Positions 27,212-39,100 of a stretch of 64,000 nucleotides of DNA are shown in pieces. The position numbers were made by a program, and so were the translations under genes. The stretch is from Trichoplax sp. H2 (taxonomy: Eukaryota). The number at the start of each line of letters is the position of its first letter. The first letter of the stretch is position 1. The stretch is taken from contig NOWV01000138.1 of NCBI GenBank assembly GCA_003344405.1, positions 124,001 to 188,000 of the forward strand. The letters run 5' to 3'. Under the pieces are notes generated by a model. It searched no databases. It saw only the letters and a list, made by a program, of their open reading frames with translations, and had not been told where the DNA came from.

Positions 27212-27775
27212 CCCTTTTGACGACGGTAATGGAAGATGTAAGGGCAAATTGTTGTAAACTTCTCACCGCAGCACTGGTATTGGTAGAAATGTGGATTTAA
27301 TTGATCAATTTACTCTGCCTTCCATATTATTAAACGTAGTCCATCAGTGACTGTATGTAGACTAAACGAAACTAATTGAATGCAATGATGATTGAATTAT
27401 TAATGGTCAATTTAATGTATTTAGCGATAAATAAACACCTACGTTCGCTTCAGATTTATTCCGCATGGATACCCTGTTGACTGTCTGAACTCATGCTCGT
27501 ACTTGAACATGATTTTCATGTTTTGCATCGATGATGGACTATCTGTTGTTGATTAAAGAGAGTTATTTAGAATGACAGTCGCATGAATTGAATTCATGCT
27601 GCGTTCAAAGGGTTAAGGTACAAACTGGAGTTGCCCTTACCGTAATATTGCAGTATATTTTCCTGGAGTAAACTAAGATGGGTGTTTACAAGTATATCAC
27701 AGACCCAGAGCCTAGAAATCATTCGCATCCTTGTCAAGCCTTTTGAAAGGGAAGGGAGCAGCAATGACAAGGATG

Positions 27776-28910
27776 AAATGGTACCATCGTTTTTATAGTG
27801 TTCAACTCTGAGGCAACCAAAAGCTGCTTAGGAAAGAGGTCATTCTCTCTTTATTTACAATATGCTAAAATATAAACTGCAACTTGCAATCTAGGAAATG
27901 ATCAGTAAAAGGATTTGTAAGAATGCCGTTGGAAATTGCAATAACGTTGTCAAATGGTACCATCACATTTATAGTGTTCAGTACTAGGGCAATCAACAGC
28001 TGCCTAAGAAATAAGTTCTTCTCTCTTTATTTACAGTATGCTAAAATATCAACTGCAACTTCCAATCTAGGAAATGATCAGTAAAAGGATTTGTAAGAAT
28101 GCCATTGGAAATTGCAATAATGTTGTTAATCGAACCTTTCTCAGGTCTAGTTCAATACCGGGACAATCGCTTAGGGAATAGTTTATTCTCTCTTTCTTGA
28201 CTGTATGCTAAAATATCGACTGCAACTTGCAATCTAGGAAAGGATTTGTAAGAATGCCATTGGAAATTGCAATAACGATGTTAACCGAACCTTTCTCAGG
28301 TCTAATTCAGTACCGGGGCAATCACTTAAGGAATAGGTTATTCTCTCTTTATTGACTGTATGCTAAAATATCAACTGCAACTTGCAATCTAGGAAATGAT
28401 CAGTAAAAGGATTTGTAAGAGTGCCGTTGGAAATTGCAATAACGTTGTCAAATGGTACCATCATTTTTATAGTGTTTAGTACTAGGGCAATCAACAGCTG
28501 CCTAGGAAATAAGTTCTTCTCTCTTTATTTACAGTATGCTAAAATATCAACTGCAACTTACAACCTAGGAAATGATCAGTAAAAGGATTTGTTAGGATGC
28601 CATTGGAAATTGCAACAATGTTGTTAACCAAACGTTTCTCAGGTCTAGTTCAGTACCGGGGCAATCACTTAGGGAATAGTTTATTCTCTCTTTATTGACT
28701 GTATGCCAAAATATCAACTGCAACTTGCAATCTAGGAAATGATCAGTAAAAGGATTTGTAAGAATGCCATTAGAAATTGCAATGACATTGTTCAATGATA
28801 CCGTCATTTTTATAGTGTTCAGTACTAGGGCAATCAAAAGCTGCTTAAGGAATAATTTCTTCTCTCCTTATTGACAGTAAGCTAAAATATCAATATGAAC
28901 TTCCAATCTA
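27776..28910. repeat. Minisatellite, about 155-177 bp x7, with two unit subtypes
   Basis: The core tatgctaaaatatcaactgcaacttgcaatctaggaaatgatcagtaaaaggatttgtaagaatgcc recurs. Confidence 0.9.
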
Positions 28911-29554
28911 TAAAGTCTTCAATGGCAATATTTATATTAATTTCTATCACTTTAGAAGGATAATTTTACTTTATGTGCACCAGGAGTTTCTGACGAGACT
29001 ATAAAACGCCGGTGCCTGAATACCACTTTTTAGTTAATTAGTCGGTTAGTTAGTCAATTGCTATTCAATTGCCTGCTAAAGGGTTGCATATGAAATTCTC
29101 AGTAGATTTCTTCTCAAAGTCAATACTGTAGTACCTAACAGAAACAGCAACTATTCCAACTTGGAAGTTGCAAACTACACTGTAATTAGTATAAACTCCA
29201 TGCACAGATTTTTTAGACGTGCAGTAAAAAGGTCATGAACCTAAATACGCGTATATACTATACAGTACGGTAGAATTTGTGCACTTGTATTGTCTGTCTC
29301 ATCGTAACAGGTAAACATCGCTGAAGAAATAAATACTCTACTGTACATATTTTCAACTGTTGTTTTCCACTCACCGGCAGTTCAATAATGTACTAAATCG
29401 ATTCCAATAGTGCAGGAGAAAGTAGCGTATTTTAGCAGGAAAATCCTTACTGTTTTAGTGGCGTACCCCAATATACAATCAATCAAAGCCACTTTCTGTT
29501 GTTTATTTGCAATTAAAATCCATCCTAACACCGACATTGAAATTGCTGAACTCA

Positions 29555-30538
29555 ATGATGGTCAACATGCCATCGACTCCTGAAATTGCTGCTGTAGTTG
29601 GTATCACTGCGATTTCTCTTATACTACTACGATATTTTGTGCAAGGTAGTATCTGTCGAAGTAAAGCTCGTCTGGATAACAAGACAGTCATTATTACCGG
29701 AGCCAACACTGGTATCGGGAAAGAAACAGCCATTGATTTAGCTAAACGAGGCGCTAGAATTATTGTAGCTTGTCGTAATGAAAGTAAAGGGACGACAGCT
29801 GCCAAAGAAATTATTCAATTAAGCGGTAATACTCAAGTTGTCTTTCGAAAGCTCGATCTAGCATCATTTCAATCCATACGTCATTTTGCTAATCATTTTA
29901 ACGAGAATGAAGATCGTCTGGATATTTTAATTAATAATGCTGGCGTTTTATGGTGTCCGTATATGGAGACTGAAGACGGATTTGAAATGCAATTTGGAAC
30001 CAACCATTTAGGCCATTTCTTATTGACCAATTTATTGTTGGATAAGTTAAAGGCATGTGCACCAACTAGGATCGTTGTAGTATCATCACAAGCGCATTTC
30101 CATGGCAAGATGAATTTCGATGATTTAAATGGCAAGAAAAATTACAATTCTTACACGGCTTATTTCCATAGTAAACTGGCCAATGTCTTATTTGCACATG
30201 AATTAGCTAGAAGATTACAAGGGACTGGTGTGACAGCTAATTCATTACATCCAGGTGCAGTCAAGACTGATATTGCTCGTCATTTATCAATCTATCAAAA
30301 CAGCTTCTTGAACATTCTAGTACAGCCTCTTTATTGGCTTTTCATGAAAACGGCAAAGCAAGGAGCACAAACATCAATTTATTGTGCAATCGATGAATCT
30401 ATCGATGGTGTTACCGGTAAATACTTTGCCGATTGTCGAGAAACAAAGTGTTTACCACAAGGACGTGATGATGGAGCTGCTAAAAAATTGTGGGAACTAA
30501 GTGAAGAGATGACTGGACTTTGCAAAAACCAAGAATAA
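29555..30538 (+). CDS. RDH11-14-like SDR, intronless, intact
   Basis: TGANTGIG, NNAG, YFHSK and GAQT motifs. First ATG at 29555; MPSTPEIAAV at 29567 is an alternative start. Confidence 0.92.
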   Translation: MMVNMPSTPEIAAVVGITAISLILLRYFVQGSICRSKARLDNKTVIITGANTGIGKETAIDLAKRGARIIVACRNESKGTTAAKEIIQLSGNTQVVFRKLDLASFQSIRHFANHFNENEDRLDILINNAGVLWCPYMETEDGFEMQFGTNHLGHFLLTNLLLDKLKACAPTRIVVVSSQAHFHGKMNFDDLNGKKNYNSYTAYFHSKLANVLFAHELARRLQGTGVTANSLHPGAVKTDIARHLSIYQNSFLNILVQPLYWLFMKTAKQGAQTSIYCAIDESIDGVTGKYFADCRETKCLPQGRDDGAAKKLWELSEEMTGLCKNQE

Positions 30539-31102
30539 CCCTTTTGACGACGGTAATGGAAGATGTAAGGGCAAATTGTTGTAAACTTCTCACCGCAGCA
30601 CTGGTATTGGTAGAAATGTGGATTTAATTGATCAATTTACTCTGCCTTCCATATTATTAAACGTAGTCCATCAGTGACTGTATGTAGACTAAACGAAACT
30701 AATTGAATGCAATGATGATTGAATTATTAATGGTCAATTTAATGTATTTAGCGATAAATAAACACCTACGTTCGCTTCAGATTTATTCCGCATGGATACC
30801 CTGTTGACTGTCTGAACTCATGCTCGTACTTGAACATGATTTTCATGTTTTGCATCGATGATGGACTATCTGTTGTTGATTAAAGAGAGTTATTTAGAAT
30901 GACAGTCGCATGAATTGAATTCATGCTGCGTTCAAAGGGTTAAGGTACAAACTGGAGTTGCCCTTACCGTAATATTGCAGTATATTTTCCTGGAGTAAAC
31001 TAAGATGGGTGTTTACAAGTATATCACAGACCCAGAGCCTAGAAATCATTCGCATCCTTGTCAAGCCTTTTGAAAGGGAAGGGAGCAGCAATGACAAGGA
31101 TG

Positions 31103-32237
31103 AAATGGTACCATCGTTTTTATAGTGTTCAACTCTGAGGCAACCAAAAGCTGCTTAGGAAAGAGGTCATTCTCTCTTTATTTACAATATGCTAAAATAT
31201 AAACTGCAACTTGCAATCTAGGAAATGATCAGTAAAAGGATTTGTAAGAATGCCGTTGGAAATTGCAATAACGTTGTCAAATGGTACCATCACATTTATA
31301 GTGTTCAGTACTAGGGCAATCAACAGCTGCCTAAGAAATAAGTTCTTCTCTCTTTATTTACAGTATGCTAAAATATCAACTGCAACTTCCAATCTAGGAA
31401 ATGATCAGTAAAAGGATTTGTAAGAATGCCATTGGAAATTGCAATAATGTTGTTAATCGAACCTTTCTCAGGTCTAGTTCAATACCGGGACAATCGCTTA
31501 GGGAATAGTTTATTCTCTCTTTCTTGACTGTATGCTAAAATATCGACTGCAACTTGCAATCTAGGAAAGGATTTGTAAGAATGCCATTGGAAATTGCAAT
31601 AACGATGTTAACCGAACCTTTCTCAGGTCTAATTCAGTACCGGGGCAATCACTTAAGGAATAGGTTATTCTCTCTTTATTGACTGTATGCTAAAATATCA
31701 ACTGCAACTTGCAATCTAGGAAATGATCAGTAAAAGGATTTGTAAGAGTGCCGTTGGAAATTGCAATAACGTTGTCAAATGGTACCATCATTTTTATAGT
31801 GTTTAGTACTAGGGCAATCAACAGCTGCCTAGGAAATAAGTTCTTCTCTCTTTATTTACAGTATGCTAAAATATCAACTGCAACTTACAACCTAGGAAAT
31901 GATCAGTAAAAGGATTTGTTAGGATGCCATTGGAAATTGCAACAATGTTGTTAACCAAACGTTTCTCAGGTCTAGTTCAGTACCGGGGCAATCACTTAGG
32001 GAATAGTTTATTCTCTCTTTATTGACTGTATGCCAAAATATCAACTGCAACTTGCAATCTAGGAAATGATCAGTAAAAGGATTTGTAAGAATGCCATTAG
32101 AAATTGCAATGACATTGTTCAATGATACCGTCATTTTTATAGTGTTCAGTACTAGGGCAATCAAAAGCTGCTTAAGGAATAATTTCTTCTCTCCTTATTG
32201 ACAGTAAGCTAAAATATCAATATGAACTTCCAATCTA
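31103..32237. repeat. Second copy of the ~170-bp minisatellite, part of the 3327-bp duplication
   Basis: Same sequence as 27776-28910 at offset +3327. Confidence 0.9.
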
Positions 32238-32881
32238 TAAAGTCTTCAATGGCAATATTTATATTAATTTCTATCACTTTAGAAGGATAATTTTACTTTA
32301 TGTGCACCAGGAGTTTCTGACGAGACTATAAAACGCCGGTGCCTGAATACCACTTTTTAGTTAATTAGTCGGTTAGTTAGTCAATTGCTATTCAATTGCC
32401 TGCTAAAGGGTTGCATATGAAATTCTCAGTAGATTTCTTCTCAAAGTCAATACTGTAGTACCTAACAGAAACAGCAACTATTCCAACTTGGAAGTTGCAA
32501 ACTACACTGTAATTAGTATAAACTCCATGCACAGATTTTTTAGACGTGCAGTAAAAAGGTCATGAACCTAAATACGCGTATATACTATACAGTACGGTAG
32601 AATTTGTGCACTTGTATTGTCTGTCTCATCGTAACAGGTAAACATCGCTGAAGAAATAAATACTCTACTGTACATATTTTCAACTGTTGTTTTCCACTCA
32701 CCGGCAGTTCAATAATGTACTAAATCGATTCCAATAGTGCAGGAGAAAGTAGCGTATTTTAGCAGGAAAATCCTTACTGTTTTAGTGGCGTACCCCAATA
32801 TACAATCAATCAAAGCCACTTTCTGTTGTTTATTTGCAATTAAAATCCATCCTAACACCGACATTGAAATTGCTGAACTCA

Positions 32882-33267
32882 ATGATGGTCAACATGCCAT
32901 CGACTCCTGAAATTGCTGCTGTAGTTGGTATCACTGCGATTTCTCTTATACTACTACGATATTTTGTGCAAGGTAGTATCTGTCGAAGTAAAGCTCGTCT
33001 GGATAACAAGACAGTCATTATTACCGGAGCCAACACTGGTATCGGGAAAGAAACAGCCATTGATTTAGCTAAACGAGGCGCTAGAATTATTGTAGCTTGT
33101 CGTAATGAAAGTAAAGGGACGACAGCTGCCAAAGAAATTATTCAATTAAGCGGTAATACTCAAGTTGTCTTTCGAAAGCTCGATCTAGCATCATTTCAAT
33201 CCATACGTCATTTTGCTAATCATTTTAACGAGAATGAAGATCGTCTGGATATTTTAATTAATAATGC
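32882..33267 (+). pseudogene. 3'-truncated SDR copy
   Basis: Identical to the 29555 copy up to ILINNA, then switches into minisatellite-derived sequence. The catalytic half is absent. Confidence 0.9.
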
Positions 33268-33985
33268 AATGTTCAGTAAAAGGATTTGTAAGAATGCCAT
33301 TGGCAATTACAATGACGTTGTTGGAGTAAGATGATGTTTAGTCTTAACCATCCTAGCTGTTCATCACTCGTACCCTTGTGGATATTAGGACATTATCTGG
33401 ATGAGATTTATTTCCAGCCACTTTTGCTATTCCTTATTTACTTTTTACAAGCACTGTGGAGGAGGAAATTGCATCCATTCAATGGTGACATTCTTTTTGC
33501 AAGGCAAGGACTTGAAACTACTTTTACAGCAGTATAGGCAGCAATCGTGCAGTCCAGTATCACAGTACCACAGTAGAGTGCTACACCGACGTGATACAGC
33601 GACTGATGAGTTTAATTACAGCGCAAGTTCATCAGTCCTGTCTATCGCTAGCAAAAGTAATGTCACTCCTGGCCATCCAATACTGCTGGTATGACGTCAC
33701 ACCGGCAAAAGGTCACGTAGCAGTACACAGGTCTACTTCGGACTAAAAGCAATGTTCATATTGTGTCATCAGCCAGCTGATTCTGCCTGTCAAGGAGCTC
33801 TTGTCACTGACTATGTTTTATACACTCTACTACACTAGAGTACTCCATCACGGGTGCTCTCCCTTGCAACTAGATTGCCACTATTTAATTATAATAATCA
33901 TCATCACGACAGTTATCCGTCTTCCTTTTCCTTTCCAATCGAGTAAAATTGGCAAGTTTAAAATTGCTTCTGCTAATCATCCAAG

Positions 33986-34954
33986 ATGTTATCCACGCCT
34001 GGAATTGCAGCTGCTGTAGGTGTAACGAGCATTTCTCTGTTGTTAGTGAGAAATTATATGCAAGGTGGTACATGTCGTAGTAAAGCTCGACTGGATAACA
34101 AGACCGTCGTCATTACCGGTGGCAACACCGGCATTGGCAAAGAAACGGCCATCGATTTAGCCCAACGAGGTGCTAGGATTATTTTAGCATGTCGTAGTGA
34201 AAGTAAAGGGACAACAGCAGTGAAGGAAATTATTGAATCGAGTGGAAGTAGTAATATTGTCTTTCGAAAGCTCGATCTTGCATCATTACAATCCGTGCGT
34301 GATTTTGCTAATCAATTCAACAAGAATGAAGATCGTTTGGATATTTTAATTAATAATGCCGGTGTGATGTGGTGCCCGTATATGGAGACTGCCGATGGAT
34401 TGGAAATGCAATTTGGCACCAACCATATAGGCCATTTCTTACTAACCAATTTATTATTGGATAAATTAAAGGCATGTGCACCCAGCAGGATTGTTGTAGT
34501 ATCGTCGATAGGACACCGTGGTGGCAAGATGAATTTCGATGATTTAAATGGCAAGAAAAATTACAATTCTTACACGGCTTATTTTCAAAGTAAACTGGCC
34601 AATATCTTGTTTACGCGTGAATTAGCCAAAAGATTACAGGGCACAGGTGTGACAGCCAATTCATTGCATCCAGGTGCTGTCAATACAGATCTTGGTCGAC
34701 ATTTATCCGTAAATCAGAACGGTTTCTTGCACGCTTTAATAGCACCTCTGTATTGGCTCTTTGTTAAAACGTCCAAGCAAGGAGCTCAAACTTCAATCTA
34801 TTGTGCAGTAGACGAATCTTTAAATGGTGTTTCAGGTAAATACTTTGCCGATTGCCGTGAAAAAGACTGTGCAGCACAAGGTCGCGATGATGGTGCTGCT
34901 AAAAAATTGTGGGAAATCAGTGAAGAAATGACTGGACTTTCCAAAAGTCAGTAG
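33986..34954 (+). CDS. RDH11-14-like SDR, intronless, intact, 322 aa
   Basis: TGGNTGIG, ACRS, NNAG, YFQSK and GAQT motifs; ATG-TAG ORF. Confidence 0.94.
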   Translation: MLSTPGIAAAVGVTSISLLLVRNYMQGGTCRSKARLDNKTVVITGGNTGIGKETAIDLAQRGARIILACRSESKGTTAVKEIIESSGSSNIVFRKLDLASLQSVRDFANQFNKNEDRLDILINNAGVMWCPYMETADGLEMQFGTNHIGHFLLTNLLLDKLKACAPSRIVVVSSIGHRGGKMNFDDLNGKKNYNSYTAYFQSKLANILFTRELAKRLQGTGVTANSLHPGAVNTDLGRHLSVNQNGFLHALIAPLYWLFVKTSKQGAQTSIYCAVDESLNGVSGKYFADCREKDCAAQGRDDGAAKKLWEISEEMTGLSKSQ

Positions 34955-35255
34955 TAATCCCTTGCGGAAAATCGGGACAAAAGACATGCAATAGTGAAAT
35001 TTCACCTTTGATTTCAGCTTACAAGTATAGCGATAAAGTGAACACACAAGAGATTTCTTCCTAACTGATAGCGTATGGCAGTCTCTTCCATTTCTCGAAT
35101 CTACTCCTGTAGCCTACATTGCATTATGTTGCTAATGAATCACATTTGTTTACAAAGAGAATCCTATAAATCTAGTTTAAAAATCTTTTATTTTATGCTA
35201 AGCCACGATGATACCGATTCGGAAATGACTAAAATGAAATAGCTCTAATGTTGGC

Positions 35256-35495
35256 GTGCTACTACTGCAGCCAAAAATTTGTTGGATGAGAGATTTTTCA
35301 ATCTAAAGTTCATCTCTGATGTAATAATTATATTGTTTTAGCTTTCGTCACCTGTGTAGTATAGAAGTCTAATATTTGTGTGCTACTACTGCAGCCAAAA
35401 GTTTGTTGGATAAGTGATTTTTCTATCTAAAGTTCATCTCTGATGTAATAATTAGTATATTGTTTTAGTTTTCGTCACCTGTGTAGTATAGAAGT
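35256..35495. repeat. Direct duplication, about 115 bp x2
   Basis: gtgctactactgcagccaaaa...cacctgtgtagtatagaagt at about 35256 and 35380. Confidence 0.9.
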
Positions 35496-36107
35496 GAAGC
35501 TTACACGATTTGTATGTTAGCGTAATAAATGGTTATTTTCGATGTGTTATCTGTTTACAAATAGAATCTTATTAACGTATTATAATTTGTTGTGAATAAA
35601 TTAAAGTTAGATTCAAAATTACAAGAAGAAACAGATTATTCAACGATCGATCAAGCAAGAATACTTTTATTAGCAAAATCTCAAAATCTAGTAATATACA
35701 AGAGAAACAAACCATCAAACAGACGCAAACAGATGAGAATATCTTCTAGACTAGTCCATTCAACATCCTCATTTAAAATGTGACTGTTATTCATGGAAGG
35801 CATCGTAACCTTAGGCTTCATGATATAGTTGACAATGCCTTAAAATATTATTGTACAACTTTTTCGCCAGGAATTTAATCGTATACGTAAGGCATATAAA
35901 ATAACCCTTTCCATTATTGGTATCATAACATAAGAAAATTGGATGACTATTACTCAGAGTCTAGATTAGACAGCGCTGTCAAGCATAGCTGTATTCCGAA
36001 GCCAGCTGGTCATAGACTTGTATAGGATAGGATAGATGATTTATACATTACAAGTGATATATACTGTTTATGGTAATAGTAAGACATTGCAGACTTCCAT
36101 GGAGCCT

Positions 36108-39100
36108 TTAGATAATATCAATTTCCGGATTGTTCTTGAAAATAAACTCAGCCTGAAGTGATAAATATTAGAAATAAGCATTTTCCAGTACTAAATAAAT
36201 ATCTGCTTGCTTCTATAATATTGAGCTAAAGGTTATCTTTGAGTATAATGAATTACATCTAAACTAATAAAGATAATGAAAGAGGTGGAATAAAAGCTTA
36301 GTAAATTAATCTTTCTCAAAGAAATTCAACATCAGTTCAATACCGGTGCTGGAAATATATGATTCTCAGATACATTCTGAGAAAGCATGTAATAATTACA
36401 ATAAATCAGCAATACTTATATTATTATTTAGCAGATCTACCGTATCAACAACTTCGCCAATCAACAGTAATCTTTAAGAAAAGCGACAAAATATGAGTGT
36501 CTTTCTAGGTATTTATATTGCGAATATTATCGGATAAATTATAATATTAAGTAAGTATTTAAGAATGACCAGTATCAAAATTGAAATCAATTCAGCAACT
36601 TATAAGCAGATGCAATTGATCAACAAGAAAGGCCAGAAAATGAACTTACTAAGTAATCGATAGGGTCATCTGGTCGATGCCGGCAACATTCAATCAATCC
36701 TTGCGTTAAGGTAGGCAAAACATGTCTCATTAAATATCTTTTAATAGGCAGCGATCTGTCATCCAAAGCTTCTTTCTCCTGAGCAATATCTCGTTCTTTA
36801 TTTGATTTCTATGGAAAATTTCGGGCTAGTTAGCTTTGACTGACACGAATACATTAGAATCGATGATGATAAGCATTGCACTGACGTTATATCTACTCGT
36901 ATATACAGTAATGGTTCTTAGCATGACTAAGAGTGTCATCGTGGCTATTTATATTACCGAAATAGCTTTTAAAGACCGAAGTTTAAGAAATAAATCAAGT
37001 GACATTAAGCGTTTTTCAGTATAAATTTTCGTATTAAATTGCAAAATATCTTAAATTAGCTACAAAAAAAAGCAGCTGGATATATTCTAGTATAGGTAAA
37101 GAATAGTTAGCATTATGTAGTCCTACGTTATGGCTCGATCTTATAGGCTCTTGGCAGTTATGCGACAACATGATATTTATCGCTAATAACGATAGCATGA
37201 AATGATAGCTTAGACACAGTCTATATATAGCCTAATAGTACTGTATACTGTACTGTACATACTATTTCAGACATGAAATTGAATATTTCATTGGTATGTA
37301 CTACTATAGCCAGAAGTTATACTGAATATATCACTTCATAGTAGATATTTTAACCATGTTGTGCTAATATCTGTATCCCGAAGATATTTACCCATATATC
37401 GTATTTTATCTGCTCTCTTTCTTCTATCACTTTCCTTTCCTTTTCCATTTGAAGACGGCGAAGATTCTCTTTCTTTGCCATCTGTAAACATATTAGTGGT
37501 TAGGTTACTTTCTATCATAATTTCACTCAATTTAATTACGTGCATATAATACTGTAAAAGACTTGACAATTCATTTTCACGGTATTTAGCAGTTGAACTC
37601 GTCTCTCTATTTCTGGCCGTGGTGAATTGATTTACCGTTTCTCTAGCTTCTTTTTCAGCTAGTAAGGTTAAATAATGTTCTGATTTCTCTATTAATATGA
37701 AATTAAATATGTAATTATTGAATAAAAGATATTTCAAAAAACTTTTTCCAATGTTTTTGGTAATGTATTATAGATATATATATATATATGTGCATTTAAT
37801 TCGGTTTATATTTTCTGATAATAATAATAGTAATGAACTTTATTAGCCAACTTACCATAATGTCTCGGTGCACCTAATAACTCAATAATGGTCCGAATTG
37901 TTTTATGGCTATTATCAGATGGATCCTGTGTTAAATCTATTTGTGTACGAGAAGTAATTTATAGGCTGGTCATTCGATGAAGCATCAAGCTATACAAAAA
38001 TTTGTTATAGCACTTAAAATGTAGAGATATCAAACAGCAAATATCCGTTCTAAAAATGAGTAAACTCCATTAGACTACGATGTAAAGAAATAAACTATTA
38101 CCATAATGATCAACTCGGACTGCATAATCATCAAAGTAATGCTGAACAGTTTCATCCAAATTATCTTCGTGGAACTTGACTAATCTTCGAAGGAATCCTA
38201 GTTTCGAATGAATGGCACATACGTACAGAAATTTAAATCTTCAATATGGGTCCAATTACAATAGCTGATCTAGCGAATAAAATTCATCATCCGCAAAGTA
38301 TATTTGTTCGTCGAAGAAGTTAATTACGTACTCTAGTATCTATCTTGGAAGTAGTAATTAATCTTTAAATCGATACTCTGAATTAATCACATACGATTGC
38401 TGACAAAAATTTAATAACAATTAAAGATATATGAAGCTGATCGCCTAATTATTATTGCTAGCATCTAAAGGCATTGTGAAAAAGCTTATCAATATTATCA
38501 TCTTGCTCATAATTTGATGAAACTTTTAACTGAAAAACTGCGAACTTTCTGACAAATTTAGCTTTCTCACCTTCTTCAGTGCTATGGCTTCCACGCACGA
38601 CTTTTTCTGGTAGATTCAATATACGATTTCTTAAATAATCATCATTTGCATCTAGCCAAATAACATTATCTATACCACCGGCAATAAAGAATAAAGGAAA
38701 TATTGCAATGACATTGGATTGATTATCAAAGCATGTAATTTATTTATTATCATTTCTCATTAAATTATTAATTTCTAGATACAAAACGAACATGTCATAT
38801 CCGTTTATAAAGTCAGTATTAAAAATTGAAGTAATATCCTACCTGGCATGATTTCTGGGTCATAATCCAGGTTATCATTTTCATTCGTATTTTCGTCACT
38901 ATCGTCTAAGAATGAAATAATTATAAGTTAGAGATTAATAGATAACGATAGGTGCTTATTGCAGATCATGATTGATAGTATTTTGGTATCGATGGTAAGT
39001 ATAAATAAACTTTAGAGATTCTTTAATGATCTATTCTTACTTTATACTTACTAGCAAACAAGTCCTGCGCTTGAGAAAAGGTTTTAGGATATCCATCCAA

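Larger units (their letters stand above)
26338..33267 (+). repeat. Near-identical tandem segmental duplication, period 3327 bp (about 2.1 units)
   Basis: Equivalent positions 27211/30538, 28592/31919 and 29507/32834 differ by 3327. Intergenic sequence looks identical wherever compared. Confidence 0.93.

Noticed and set aside
28592-28837. 81-aa ORF, duplicated at 31919-32164
   Set aside because: Lies inside the minisatellite; the same frame has stops in other units and unit lengths are not consistently multiples of 3.
23751-35047. Antisense ORFs over SDR genes (e.g. 24376-24702, 26180-26482, 29503-29805, 29893-30135, 34312-34554)
   Set aside because: Shadow ORFs on the opposite strand of real coding sequence; they recur only because the SDRs are duplicated.
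37336-37737. 133-aa ORF as an independent gene
   Set aside because: It spans two AK7 exons ([18 protein letters not shown] and, in another frame, [15 protein letters not shown]) plus intron sequence.
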